A stretch of 63,359 nt of DNA from Pseudonocardiaceae bacterium (GCA_050700385.1 JBOHGT010000392.1:1-63359), one strand, 5' to 3'; positions 1 to 8,900 are shown, counted from the stretch's first letter. Made by a program: numbers and translations. The notes: generated by a model not told the origin, from the sequence alone.

Positions 1-52
1 AGCGCCAGTGGTCGTCCGCCGGGCACGGGCAGCGCCTCCCAGGGAAGGCCAC

Positions 53-1039
53 CTAGCTCGCTATTGACGACCACCCCGAGTCGCACCGGCGCCCAGCGCG
101 CTCGGCGTGCGCGATCACCTCGGCCAGCTCGCGGGCGATCGGATCAGGAAGGAACGACGCCGCGAGCAGCCGCCCCACAGCCTGGGGTGTCGGCGCAGAC
201 CCCGGAGTGATCGTCGCGCTGGCCGGCTGCCGCCGCGTTGCCGTCAACCGGGCCCGCACCCTGGCCAGGCCCCGCACCGCCTCACCCAGCGCGGTCGACA
301 CTCCCTGGTGCTCGGCGACCACCTTCACCCCGGAGCCGGACAACCGTACCTGGTGGTCGTCAATCGACAAGATGAGGTCCCCAGTGCCATCCCACCGCCG
401 CTTCGCGATGCTGACCTCGGCCAGCCCGTCGAGTAGCGGCTCCAGGTTCTCGACGCGCGCCACCCACACCGAGTCCCGCAGCCAGCCATCGGCGCTGTTG
501 TACCGGCCCGAGACCACCCCGACGACCACGCCGTCGCGGCGTCGCACCGGTGCCCCGCTCATCCCCGGCACGACGTCCGTAGATCTCAAACGTCCCAGTG
601 GCACCTGGTCATCACGCGTGGTACCACGCCGCCACTCCCCCGATGCGTCCAGATAGCGGTAGGAGTGACCCGAGTCCTCCACGTGGGACACTCCGGTGAT
701 CGACACCCTGGTGTCCAGCTCGACCTCGTCGGTGGCGGCCAGCCCCGTCACGCACTCCGCGAGTGGCTCCCCCGCGGACAGCACGGCGAGATCGTGCACC
801 GGATCCACTCGCATAACACGCGCCTCGACTGCCACTCCGCCCTGCAGCGGGTCAACTCGCACCGCGGCATCCACGTCCCCGGAGCCGAGAGCATCCAGCA
901 CATGCCACGCCGTCACCAGGACGCCGGGCGCCACCTGGAAGCACGTACCGACCGGCAGGCCCGAGCCGTCCAGCACCCGCCCCAGGAACCCCGGCACTCG
1001 CCGATCAACCTCCACCTGCGGCTCCCGGGCCGGCGGCAC
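53..1039 (-). CDS. Trypsin-like (chymotrypsin-fold) serine protease with a non-protease C-terminal extension. It probably continues past the left window edge after a frame change.
   Basis: ORF 53..1039. Catalytic-triad contexts lie in the first ~190 aa: VTAWHVL (His), HDLAVL (Asp), GMSGAPV (Ser). The last ~15 codons look out of frame. An alternative frame reads PVRLGVVVNSELGGLPWEALPVPGGRPLA and stays open to nt 1, resembling the N-terminal region of CHAT-type proteins. Confidence 0.75.
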   Translation of the reverse strand: MPPAREPQVEVDRRVPGFLGRVLDGSGLPVGTCFQVAPGVLVTAWHVLDALGSGDVDAAVRVDPLQGGVAVEARVMRVDPVHDLAVLSAGEPLAECVTGLAATDEVELDTRVSITGVSHVEDSGHSYRYLDASGEWRRGTTRDDQVPLGRLRSTDVVPGMSGAPVRRRDGVVVGVVSGRYNSADGWLRDSVWVARVENLEPLLDGLAEVSIAKRRWDGTGDLILSIDDHQVRLSGSGVKVVAEHQGVSTALGEAVRGLARVRARLTATRRQPASATITPGSAPTPQAVGRLLAASFLPDPIARELAEVIAHAERAGRRCDSGWSSIAS

Positions 1040-1349
1040 CGTGGCTGGCCGTGTACAGCAGCTTCACCGCCAGGGTCGCCTCGCCCGAAGCGCCCGCCAA
1101 CACCACGTTGCCCTGCGCGGAGAACTTCAGACCGAACGTGACCTCGACCTGCTCCGGCCGCACCGCCCGCTCACCCATCTGCCCGATCACGTCCACCGTC
1201 GAGGACGCCACCGCCACGATCGCCGTCTGCGCCCGCTCGAACGCCTCGGCGAGCGCGTCCTGCGCCCGCCCCAGCTTCGAGGTCGGCTCCGAACCGGGCA
1301 CCGGGCTGGCCTCCACCAACAGCTCCACGTCACCGATGCGCATCGGCAT
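1005..1349 (-). CDS. Trypco2-like (trypsin co-occurring domain 2) small protein, upstream of and overlapping the protease gene
   Basis: Internal ATG at 1349 of ORF 1005..1589. Sequence MPMRIGDVELLVEASPVPGSEP...VEVTFGLKFSAQGNVVLAGASGEATLAVKL matches my memory of this family. The 35-nt overlap with the protease start suggests an operon. Confidence 0.65.
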   Translation of the reverse strand: MPMRIGDVELLVEASPVPGSEPTSKLGRAQDALAEAFERAQTAIVAVASSTVDVIGQMGERAVRPEQVEVTFGLKFSAQGNVVLAGASGEATLAVKLLYTASHGAAGPGAAGGG

Positions 1350-1481
1350 CGCCCTACCAGTCACCCGAGCCCCTCCCAGTAACACATCCGTAGCCCGGGA
1401 TCGTAACAAGATCAGCAGAACGCCGTGGTCGCGTTGCAAGGACTCGCGGTCGCACCGACTAGTCAGTCTCCTCCGGTCGCC

Positions 1482-2109
1482 GTCCCATCGCGGGCCACAC
1501 CTCACCTCCCTCCCATCAACAGTCCGCAACCGGCTGCCTACCGGCTGGCGCTGCGAGTACCCTGCACGTAGGCCTTGCACCCGCTGCAATGGCGGAGCTG
1601 ATCGCCCAAATCGCCGCTGACCTGGAGTGACGAGCCGGCTGGTCGAGCTGAGCCGCGACGAGGACCGGAGAGGAGCGTGAGATGCCTGCGCAGGACCTCA
1701 GCGTCACCCAGCGGCGGAAGAGCAGTCGCAGCTCCGACGTTGCCAACCGTGTCGAGGTTGCCATCACCGGTGCGGCGGTCGCGGCACGCGACTCCAAGCA
1801 CCTCTCCGGCGCGATGCTGGTCGTCAGCCCACGGACGTGGGCCTCGGCCACCGCCCTCGTGCGTGGCGGCAAGTTCGGCTGGGTGTCTGGTGACAGCTAG
1901 TGTGACGAGCAGCCGAAGCAGCGCTCAGGCAGCACGGTCCCTGTACGGACGGCAGAACGCGCGACATGAGTTTCTCGAAGAGTTCAAACGCGTCGTCAAC
2001 ACGAGCACACCTACCACCGTCCTTCTGGTTGGCGAAGGCGGCATGGGAAAGACTCGCTTCCTGATTGAGGTCGAATCCGCCCTGCGTGACCAGTACCCGA
2101 ATGTCACGG
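1482..2109. repeat. Direct repeat copy R1 (~630 bp): intergenic leader + DUF397 gene + first ~70 codons of the STAND ATPase. Partner at 8224..8854.
   Basis: By-eye alignment of 1482-2109 with 8224-8854. Long identical runs (gtcccatcgcggg..., ccatcaacagtccgcaaccggctgcctaccggctggcg..., ggccttgcacccgctgcaatgg...) with scattered substitutions and indels. Confidence 0.85.
1682..1900 (+). CDS. DUF397 domain protein
   Basis: 72-aa ORF with the RRKSSRSSDVANRVEVA...AARDSKH signature. GGAG-rich RBS upstream. Its stop codon lies 1 nt before the STAND GTG start. Confidence 0.85.
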   Translation: MPAQDLSVTQRRKSSRSSDVANRVEVAITGAAVAARDSKHLSGAMLVVSPRTWASATALVRGGKFGWVSGDS

Positions 2110-4391
2110 TTGCCTACGGCCGCGCGCTCGCTCAACATTCCGAGAGTAACAGCTTTCAACCGGTACGCGAAGCGCTGTCCGACCTAGTATTCGAAGCGCA
2201 ACGTGGGAAGCGTGACCGATTTTTACGGCGTATTTCTCGAAGCATGCGAGAAACCGCACCAGATTGGTTGCAAGCGGTACCAGCGGTTGGAGATCTGCTG
2301 TCAGCAGCAACCAAGACGGTGGCAAATGTTCGCCGTGCAGAACCCGAAAAAACGCCTGACGATTCTCTCGTGCGACAATTCTGCCGTCTTGTCGCAGATA
2401 TTGTTGATGAAGGCCCGTTCGTCTTATGTCTTGACGATCTACACTGGTCTGATGCATCCACAGTGGATCTCATCTATTCGTTGACACAGATGGTTGAGCA
2501 GGGAAAGTTCTTACTTGTCTGCGCTTATCGCGAAGACGCCCTTCGTATATCCCGCGACACGGCACACCCGTTGCTCGAAACTCTTTTTCGAGTCGAGCGT
2601 TATGCGCGCGTTTCTCGAATCGAGCTGGTCAATCTGGGCCCTGAGCACGTGACCCAACTGGTATCTGAGGTTCTTGGGCGACCGCCACTACCTGCGCTCG
2701 TCGAACGTCTGATGAGCATCACTGCCGGCAACCCTCTGTTTGTGCACGAATATCTGGGTCTGCTAATTGACCGGCTCGGGCGTGATGCTCCGGCTTCTGC
2801 CTATATCGACCACTTATCTCCGACAGCGGGAGGCCAGCCACCGCGTCGCGTCGAAGCTGTGATCAAAGAGCGTCTACTACGTCTGACCGATGACGAGCTA
2901 CGAATCCTCGAGATTGCCGCGCTGCTCGGACCAGTATTCTCGCCGAACGAACTGCTCGCTGTGCTGGACACCAGCGTCGATGCAGCGCGAAGGGGGCTCA
3001 GGTCGCTGGGTCGACGGCACGCACTCATTCACGCAATCGAAAATTCGCAGCGTGAGCCAGGGTACGCTTTCCACCACCCTATCGTCGCTCAGGTGCTTGA
3101 TTCTAGACTTCGCGAAGCCGACCCCTTTGATTACCAGGAGCTACATCGTGCGATCGCTGAGCATCTTCACACGAGCGGCCCACGTGATTTCAATGCTCTT
3201 GAGCGGCTTGCCCACCATACAGCGGCGTCCGGGGACAAACAGGCGGCCCTGAGCGCCGCCCTCGAGGCGGCAAAAATTGCATGGTCGATGGGCGCGGCGC
3301 GCGAGTGTCTAAGATTATTGAAGAAGGTTACGCAGGAGGTCGGCGACGATCCCTTCGGCAGCGACGATCTGCTACGGACTATAGGCCTCCGGCTACGTGC
3401 ACACAACGCAGTTGCTGATCACGACGGCGCAGTCGCGTTCGGAAATCTTCTTCTCTCCAATGCTTCATTGTTCACTAGGCTGTCCGCTCACGCCCGGCTC
3501 GCGTATGCAAGAGCACTCAGAATGACAAATAACTGGACGAAAGCACGTATACAGCTTGTACCAATGACCCTCGACGACTCGGCCTTCCCGAGAGATGTAC
3601 GAGCCGAAGCCTTACTGCTAATCGCCCAAATCCACCTCTGTGGCGTGCGCCCATCCGCTTCTGAGGCTCTTGTAGCACTAGCGCAGGCACGAACGCTCAC
3701 TGACGATCCTCAGATTGTCTATCAGATCCTCGGACATGTCGGACTGTCGCACCTCGCACTTGGTGACGTCTCCCAAGCTTTCTCGGCACTTTACGAGGCC
3801 GCAGCCGAATCTAGTCTAACGAGACATCCTCTAGATCGATATGAAGCTGTGCACTGGCTATCAAAAGCACAGATCGCTTGTCTGCGATTAGATGATGCTC
3901 TTGCCTCGATCGGCGAAATCGAGCACATAGCTGCTTCCACCGGAGTTGCGGGATCCGTTCCATTCCACTTGCGCGACCGTGCTCGTGTGTTAGCGTTGCA
4001 GGGTAGGATCAGTGAAGCCGCCCACTTGTACGCCCGCTATTTGGAGTCGGTGAGCTTGCTGATTTCTCCTGTGCAGTTCTGTCGTGCGCTAGCAACTCTC
4101 GCATGTCAAGTGTTGGAGCTCGGCGAACCAGAGCTTCTCCAACGCAGCGCTAACTTTGCGGCCGAGCTGGAGCGTTGTCTGCCTGCAACCTGCTTGACTG
4201 ACACACAGATGAGCGACGTACGGGCCGTTGTACAGATGGCGCCATACTTTCGATCAGTTTATGACGTGCGTGCCCGGATCTGTCGCGATGGGCTTGCGAC
4301 CGAGGACGAGTTCGATGCTGCGGAGGCAATTTTTCGCTTTGACGTGCCGGACCTCCGCTCCCTCAGACATCGACTGACCGGTGGAGCGTGA
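1902..4391 (+). CDS. STAND / AAA_16-type P-loop NTPase with a C-terminal helical (TPR-like) repeat region. No recognisable effector or HTH domain.
   Basis: Frame of ORF 1677..4391, with an in-frame GTG at 1902 just after the DUF397 stop. YGRQ..EFLEEF lead-in, Walker A VGEGGMGKT, Walker B LCLDDLHWSD, and a long alpha-helical repeat tail. Visibly lower G+C than the flanks. Confidence 0.8.
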   Translation: MTSSRSSAQAARSLYGRQNARHEFLEEFKRVVNTSTPTTVLLVGEGGMGKTRFLIEVESALRDQYPNVTVAYGRALAQHSESNSFQPVREALSDLVFEAQRGKRDRFLRRISRSMRETAPDWLQAVPAVGDLLSAATKTVANVRRAEPEKTPDDSLVRQFCRLVADIVDEGPFVLCLDDLHWSDASTVDLIYSLTQMVEQGKFLLVCAYREDALRISRDTAHPLLETLFRVERYARVSRIELVNLGPEHVTQLVSEVLGRPPLPALVERLMSITAGNPLFVHEYLGLLIDRLGRDAPASAYIDHLSPTAGGQPPRRVEAVIKERLLRLTDDELRILEIAALLGPVFSPNELLAVLDTSVDAARRGLRSLGRRHALIHAIENSQREPGYAFHHPIVAQVLDSRLREADPFDYQELHRAIAEHLHTSGPRDFNALERLAHHTAASGDKQAALSAALEAAKIAWSMGAARECLRLLKKVTQEVGDDPFGSDDLLRTIGLRLRAHNAVADHDGAVAFGNLLLSNASLFTRLSAHARLAYARALRMTNNWTKARIQLVPMTLDDSAFPRDVRAEALLLIAQIHLCGVRPSASEALVALAQARTLTDDPQIVYQILGHVGLSHLALGDVSQAFSALYEAAAESSLTRHPLDRYEAVHWLSKAQIACLRLDDALASIGEIEHIAASTGVAGSVPFHLRDRARVLALQGRISEAAHLYARYLESVSLLISPVQFCRALATLACQVLELGEPELLQRSANFAAELERCLPATCLTDTQMSDVRAVVQMAPYFRSVYDVRARICRDGLATEDEFDAAEAIFRFDVPDLRSLRHRLTGGA

Positions 4392-5521
4392 GCGGCGTGC
4401 GACGTATGTTCTCGCTCGATCGAAGTTGTGCTTATCTGAACCATGGTTCGTTTGGTGCGGTTCCCAAAGCCGTCCAGGACGCACAAGTGTCCGTGCGGCG
4501 CGACATAGAGGTCAATCCGCATCGATTTTATAGCCAAGAATACCCGAAGCTTCTCCGCGATGCCCGGCGGTGCGTCGCCGAGTGGATTAATCACGAAGCT
4601 GAAGGGCTCGTGTTTGTCAAAAGTGTCACAGAAGGAGTGAATGCGGTCATCTGGTCGGTACCTCTTTCAACTGGTGACGAGGTTGTTACAACGTCACATG
4701 AGTATGACAGCTTGCTCGAGGCGTGGCGGCGACGCTGCCGGAGCGCCGGAGCCAAGTTAGTAGTTGCTGATCCGTCGTACACCTCGATGGATGACTGGAT
4801 GCGTGACCTGTCGAGCTACATTTCTGACCGTACGCGTGTATTGTATCTTAGTCACATTACGTCATCGACTGCGTTACGTGTTGATATTGGTGCGCTCGTG
4901 AGCGCAGCGAGGCCCAAGGGTACCGTGGTCATTATTGATGGAGCCCATGGACCAGGACACATTCGACTGGGTCTTGGTGATATAGGATGTGATGTCTACA
5001 TTGGTTCTCTGCACAAATGGGCGATGTTTCCGCGTGGTGCTTCGTTTATTGCCGCAGCGCCTGATGTGCGCGACACAATGGAACCATCACTCGTAAGCTG
5101 GTATCATGACGAAATGCGCCTGGCCAATCGATTTGAGTGGCAAGGTACCTCGGATCCGAGTGCTTGGCTGGTCGCCGATACGGCTATTGACTTTGTACAT
5201 CGCGCCCAAGCTATGGGAGCTTATGATCGCGCGGCGCGTCTTTCGATGCACGCGGAGTCTCGTCTACTGGATATTGAAGGCGTGGTACCTGTCACGCCCG
5301 CTTCTATGCGGCCTCCGTATTTTTTTTCTGTCACGCTTGATGTCCCGGAGAGCGTACTGAGGTCCGCCCTTCATAGGGCGAACGTTTGGGCATGGACTGG
5401 TTGGTGGGGCGGGAAGACCTTGATGCGCATATCAACGTTCTTGTATAACGACAAGAGTGAAATCGAGCGCTTGGTAAATGTTGTTCGAGGAATTGTCCGG
5501 GAGACGGTGGGTTCGGCATGA
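4388..5521 (+). CDS. Class-V aminotransferase-fold PLP-dependent enzyme (isopenicillin-N-epimerase / cysteine-desulfurase-like)
   Basis: YLNHGSFGAVP N-terminus and the IDGAHGPG...GSLHKW PLP-lysine context. Its start overlaps the STAND stop (GTGA). Confidence 0.75.
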   Translation: MSGVRRMFSLDRSCAYLNHGSFGAVPKAVQDAQVSVRRDIEVNPHRFYSQEYPKLLRDARRCVAEWINHEAEGLVFVKSVTEGVNAVIWSVPLSTGDEVVTTSHEYDSLLEAWRRRCRSAGAKLVVADPSYTSMDDWMRDLSSYISDRTRVLYLSHITSSTALRVDIGALVSAARPKGTVVIIDGAHGPGHIRLGLGDIGCDVYIGSLHKWAMFPRGASFIAAAPDVRDTMEPSLVSWYHDEMRLANRFEWQGTSDPSAWLVADTAIDFVHRAQAMGAYDRAARLSMHAESRLLDIEGVVPVTPASMRPPYFFSVTLDVPESVLRSALHRANVWAWTGWWGGKTLMRISTFLYNDKSEIERLVNVVRGIVRETVGSA

Positions 5522-6435
5522 GCGTTGTGATCCCACGGTCGCTGCACGATGCGATCATTTTCCTCCAAGGAGAGGCTGATGGTGGCGAGTGGCTCCGGGT
5601 TCTCCCGGCTCGGATTGACACGTTTGCAAGCTCGTGGTGTTTAGTTCCTGAAGAGGTTCTAATCGGTGGTGCCATGTCGTGTTGCGTCGCTTGCACCGAT
5701 GCGGAGGGCGACCTCTGTGTGCTGAAGATTCCGATCGACGTAGCAACGGGGCGATTGGAAGCGGCTGCGCTCACGTTCTGGGACGAAGGGGGCGGCGTTC
5801 CGACGATCAAGCGTATTGATGACGAGTCCGGCACGATCCTGATGCGTTTCGTGGAGGGGGGTGCTGTTGGTATGGCTTCGGTCGCGTCGTTTGCGGACTT
5901 ATTGGGCAGGCTGCATGGGAGAGATCGACTGCCAGCTCGTAATGATTTCCCCGATCTTGAGTCCAACATAGCCATGCGGACGTCTTGGGCGACTGATCGT
6001 TTTAATATCCCGGAGTATTCGGAGGGTTTGATATACTTGCCGACGGCCAGGCGTCTGGCCACCCGACTGCTCGAGGACGGAGAACTTTATTCCAAACTGT
6101 GCCACGGCGATCTTCAGACGAAGAATATCCTCACAAGTGTGAGCGGTGCCTACGTTGCGATCGATCCGCTCCCGGTGGTAGGAGACCCGCACTTCGACGC
6201 CGCGTTCTGGTGTGTAATGCAAGATTCTTCAGTATCTATTCGGTCGATGCTTGCCGAGATTGGTAGGCGCCTACCGCAATTTGGGGTTGACCGTCTTAAT
6301 AGATGGGCCTGGGTAATCGCTGCGCTCGAGCTTCGGCCATACCTTGCAGCAACGAGAGACCGAATGTTGGCCTACTTGGACGAACAGCACGCGTGGATCA
6401 GATCTACGACTCTAGGACAGACTAGTACAGATTAG
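5518..6435 (+). CDS. APH-fold (aminoglycoside/streptomycin-6-kinase-like) phosphotransferase
   Basis: Brenner-type motif LCHGDLQTKNIL followed by VAIDP. Its start overlaps the upstream stop (ATGA). Confidence 0.7.
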   Translation: MSVVIPRSLHDAIIFLQGEADGGEWLRVLPARIDTFASSWCLVPEEVLIGGAMSCCVACTDAEGDLCVLKIPIDVATGRLEAAALTFWDEGGGVPTIKRIDDESGTILMRFVEGGAVGMASVASFADLLGRLHGRDRLPARNDFPDLESNIAMRTSWATDRFNIPEYSEGLIYLPTARRLATRLLEDGELYSKLCHGDLQTKNILTSVSGAYVAIDPLPVVGDPHFDAAFWCVMQDSSVSIRSMLAEIGRRLPQFGVDRLNRWAWVIAALELRPYLAATRDRMLAYLDEQHAWIRSTTLGQTSTD

Positions 6436-6438
6436 AAT

Positions 6439-7572
6439 TTGGAGATGCTCCGCGCAGGCGCTACTGTATGCAGTGATGGCGATGGCTCCGATGAGCTCAG
6501 AGACAATCATCGGGACTACCGGTGGCACCGGCTACAGGTCCCCGCAGCGGCAGCGGAATCAGCGGACTGGCGGCCGCCCTGGAACGAACAATCCGGAGGG
6601 AGAGCCTTACTGGTGCCGACGAGACTCCCTGGCTCAACCCCGCATTTCAGCTATTGGCTGGTTGATCGAATCACGGCCGCCTTGACCGCCTACGCCTGCG
6701 GAGACGCGCTCGGCCTGCCGTATGAGAACCTCCCGCCGTCGGGTGTGAGCCGTGAGGAGATCGAGCAGCTCACGCCCCGCGGTGGTTGGCAGCGGGGTGC
6801 GACCTCCGACGACACCGCCCTCACGGTGCTGGTGGCACGGCATCTGGCGGACCGGGGTGGCGCCGGTGACGCGCGGGCGTTCCTCACGGCCCTGGCCGTG
6901 CAGGCACCATCGATCACCGGGCTGGGCCCGTCCACGTCGCGGGCGATTGAGCACTACCGTTTCACGGGTGAGCTGCCCGTGACCGGTGGCACCACGAACG
7001 GGGCGGCCATGCGTGCGCTACCGGTCGGCTGGGTGACACCCGTCGATGACCCGCAACGGCGCAGGAACCTGGCCATCGAGATGGCCCGTGCGACCCACCC
7101 GGATCCCGACGCCCAGTGCGCCGCATGCGTGGTGGCGGCATGTGGATCCTGGGCGTTGGAGGGTGCCGGACCGGGTGTGTTGCTCGAGATCGCAATCGAG
7201 GAAGCGACGCAGGCGTCGCAGGCGTGTGGTGCCACTCGACGCTTGGGCGGGATGCTCGAGCAGGTCGCCGAAGGCACCTGGCGGGCTCCCGTCCAGGGGG
7301 TCAGTCTTGATCCCGCCGAGACGGTGACGGCCGCGCTCGCCTGCGTCACACACGCGCCAGACCTGCGGGAGGCACTCATCCAGGCGATCGGGTTCGGCGG
7401 CGACACCGACACCGTAGCCGCGATCGTCGGCGGCATCCTCGGTGCCGGACTGACCCGTGACGAGGTGCTTGCCGAACTGCCCTGGCATTCCGTAGTGCTG
7501 CTGCCCGATGCCGACGATATAGCGGGGATCGCCGCGGGTCTGGCGTCAGCCCGGGCCTCGTCGTCCAGCTAA
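6439..7572 (+). CDS. ADP-ribosylglycohydrolase family protein (start uncertain; an in-frame GTG at 6613 is plausible)
   Basis: ACGDALGLPYE, TSDDTAL, GTTNGAAMRALP and GFGGDTDTVAAIVGGILGA motifs. G+C returns to the high background from ~6450. Confidence 0.8.
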   Translation: MEMLRAGATVCSDGDGSDELRDNHRDYRWHRLQVPAAAAESADWRPPWNEQSGGRALLVPTRLPGSTPHFSYWLVDRITAALTAYACGDALGLPYENLPPSGVSREEIEQLTPRGGWQRGATSDDTALTVLVARHLADRGGAGDARAFLTALAVQAPSITGLGPSTSRAIEHYRFTGELPVTGGTTNGAAMRALPVGWVTPVDDPQRRRNLAIEMARATHPDPDAQCAACVVAACGSWALEGAGPGVLLEIAIEEATQASQACGATRRLGGMLEQVAEGTWRAPVQGVSLDPAETVTAALACVTHAPDLREALIQAIGFGGDTDTVAAIVGGILGAGLTRDEVLAELPWHSVVLLPDADDIAGIAAGLASARASSSS

Positions 7573-8223
7573 GAACGCCCAGCAATAAGGTGCAGGTCCT
7601 GCGGCCACACCGACACCTGCCGCTGCCAGTAGTCAGTGGGGCGACCTGGGGTCAACCGTCCGGCCGATCCATGATCGAGATGGGGTGCATGAAGACCGGC
7701 TGCGCACCCCGGATCGCCAAACTCGCCCACCGCCGACACACTACATTCGTCCGACACCGGCCGGATGTGCTGAGCGCGCCCCGGCTGGGCCGCATGACGT
7801 CCAACGGCCGACTGAACGCCCAGATCGCCGCCGAACTCGGCTGAGCCGGCGGGCCGCGCCAGGCCGCGCCGGGCCGACCTCACAGCCAGCGCAGGTCCGG
7901 GACCAAGTGTTGGCCGGAGCCGGCCAGCGGCGCTGGACCCGATCGGCTCGACAACGATGCTCCGCAGCCAGTCTCTGACGGCTGGCATCAGGTCGACGTC
8001 GATGTTGATGGTGGCCACGTTCTCGGAGCCGACACTGCTCAGCAAACAGCGCCGAGTAGCGCCACGGTGTAGCCAAACCCGGTGCCGATCCGCTGGACGC
8101 GATGGTCGCCACGGATGTCAACGCGTTCAAGAAGGTGGACCACCAGTCCGAGCATCGTCCTTGGACGTCATCCACGCCTGGTAGAAGCCGCCACCCCACC
8201 TCCGGCAGGAATGGCCGGTCGTA

Positions 8224-8854
8224 GTCCCATCGCGGGGGAGACCTCACCCTCCTTCCATCAACAGTCCGCAACCGGCTGCCTACCGGCTGGCGCCGGTGAG
8301 TATCCTGTACGTAGGCCTTGCACCCGCTGCAATGGTGGAGCTGATCGCAGCCCAGATCACCGCTGACCTGGAGTGACGGGCCGGCTCGGTCGAGCAGAGC
8401 CGCGGCGAGACCGGACAGGAGCCGAGATGCCTGCGCTGGACCTCAGCGTCGCCCGGTGGCGGAAGAGCAGTCGCAGCTCCGACGTTGCCAACTGCGCCGA
8501 GGTCGCCGCCACCGGTGCGGCCGTCGCGGCACGCGACTCCAAGCACCTCACCAGCGGTTGCTGGTCGTCAGCCGACGGCCGTGGGAATCGTTCACCGCAG
8601 CCATGCGCAGCGGTGAGTTCGGCGGCGTGTCTGGTGACCGCTGGTGTGACGAGCAGCCGAGGCAGCACTCACGCAACACCGTCCTTGTACGCTCGACAGA
8701 AACCGCGACATGAGTCTCTCGAAGGGTTCAAACGCATCGTTAATACAAACACCCCTACCATTGTCATTCTGGTTGGCGAAGGCGGCATGGAAAAGACTCG
8801 CTTGCTGATTGAGGTCGAGGCCGCCCTGCGCGACCAGTACCCCGAATATCACGG
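8224..8854. repeat. Direct repeat copy R2 (partner of 1482..2109)
   Basis: See R1. Homology ends at ~8854, where copy 1 continues into the STAND gene and copy 2 runs into unrelated lower-G+C sequence. Confidence 0.85.
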
Positions 8855-8879
8855 GATTCCCGAGCGAAAGGTGACGTGA
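8427..8879 (+). pseudogene. Decayed duplicate: frameshifted DUF397 gene + STAND ATPase truncated after ~80 codons
   Basis: MPALDLSVARWRKSSRSSDVANCAEVA...ARDSKHL is in one frame and its continuation LLVVSRRPWESFTAAMRSGEFGGVSGDRW in another (ORFs 8373..8879 and 8456..8713). The STAND N-terminus (LVGEGGMEKTRLLIEVEAALRDQYPE) then meets a stop at 8879. Confidence 0.8.
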
Positions 8880-8900
8880 CATGGTCTCAATTCTACTACG

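Noticed and set aside
1560-1625. Short conserved ORF (MAELIAQIAADLE) present in both copies of the 630-bp repeat, possibly the 3' end of a lost XRE/DUF5753 regulator that normally partners DUF397
   Set aside because: It is only 13 codons with a start. The upstream in-frame sequence is not recognisably XRE-like, and its conservation is explained by the repeat itself.
1677-1901. N-terminal 75 codons of ORF 1677..4391 as part of the STAND protein
   Set aside because: This stretch overlaps the well-supported DUF397 gene in another frame. An in-frame GTG at 1902 immediately follows the DUF397 stop and precedes the GR..E.L lead-in to the P-loop.
7569-8271. ORFs 7569..8045(-), 7741..8271(-) and 7590..7844(+), between the ARH gene and repeat R2. 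The last ends in ...GRLNAQIAAELG, reminiscent of a LuxR-type HTH.
   Set aside because: No frame gives a convincing domain, the compositions are spurious-looking, and the HTH-like peptide is too short and truncated. I treat the region as intergenic or decayed sequence.
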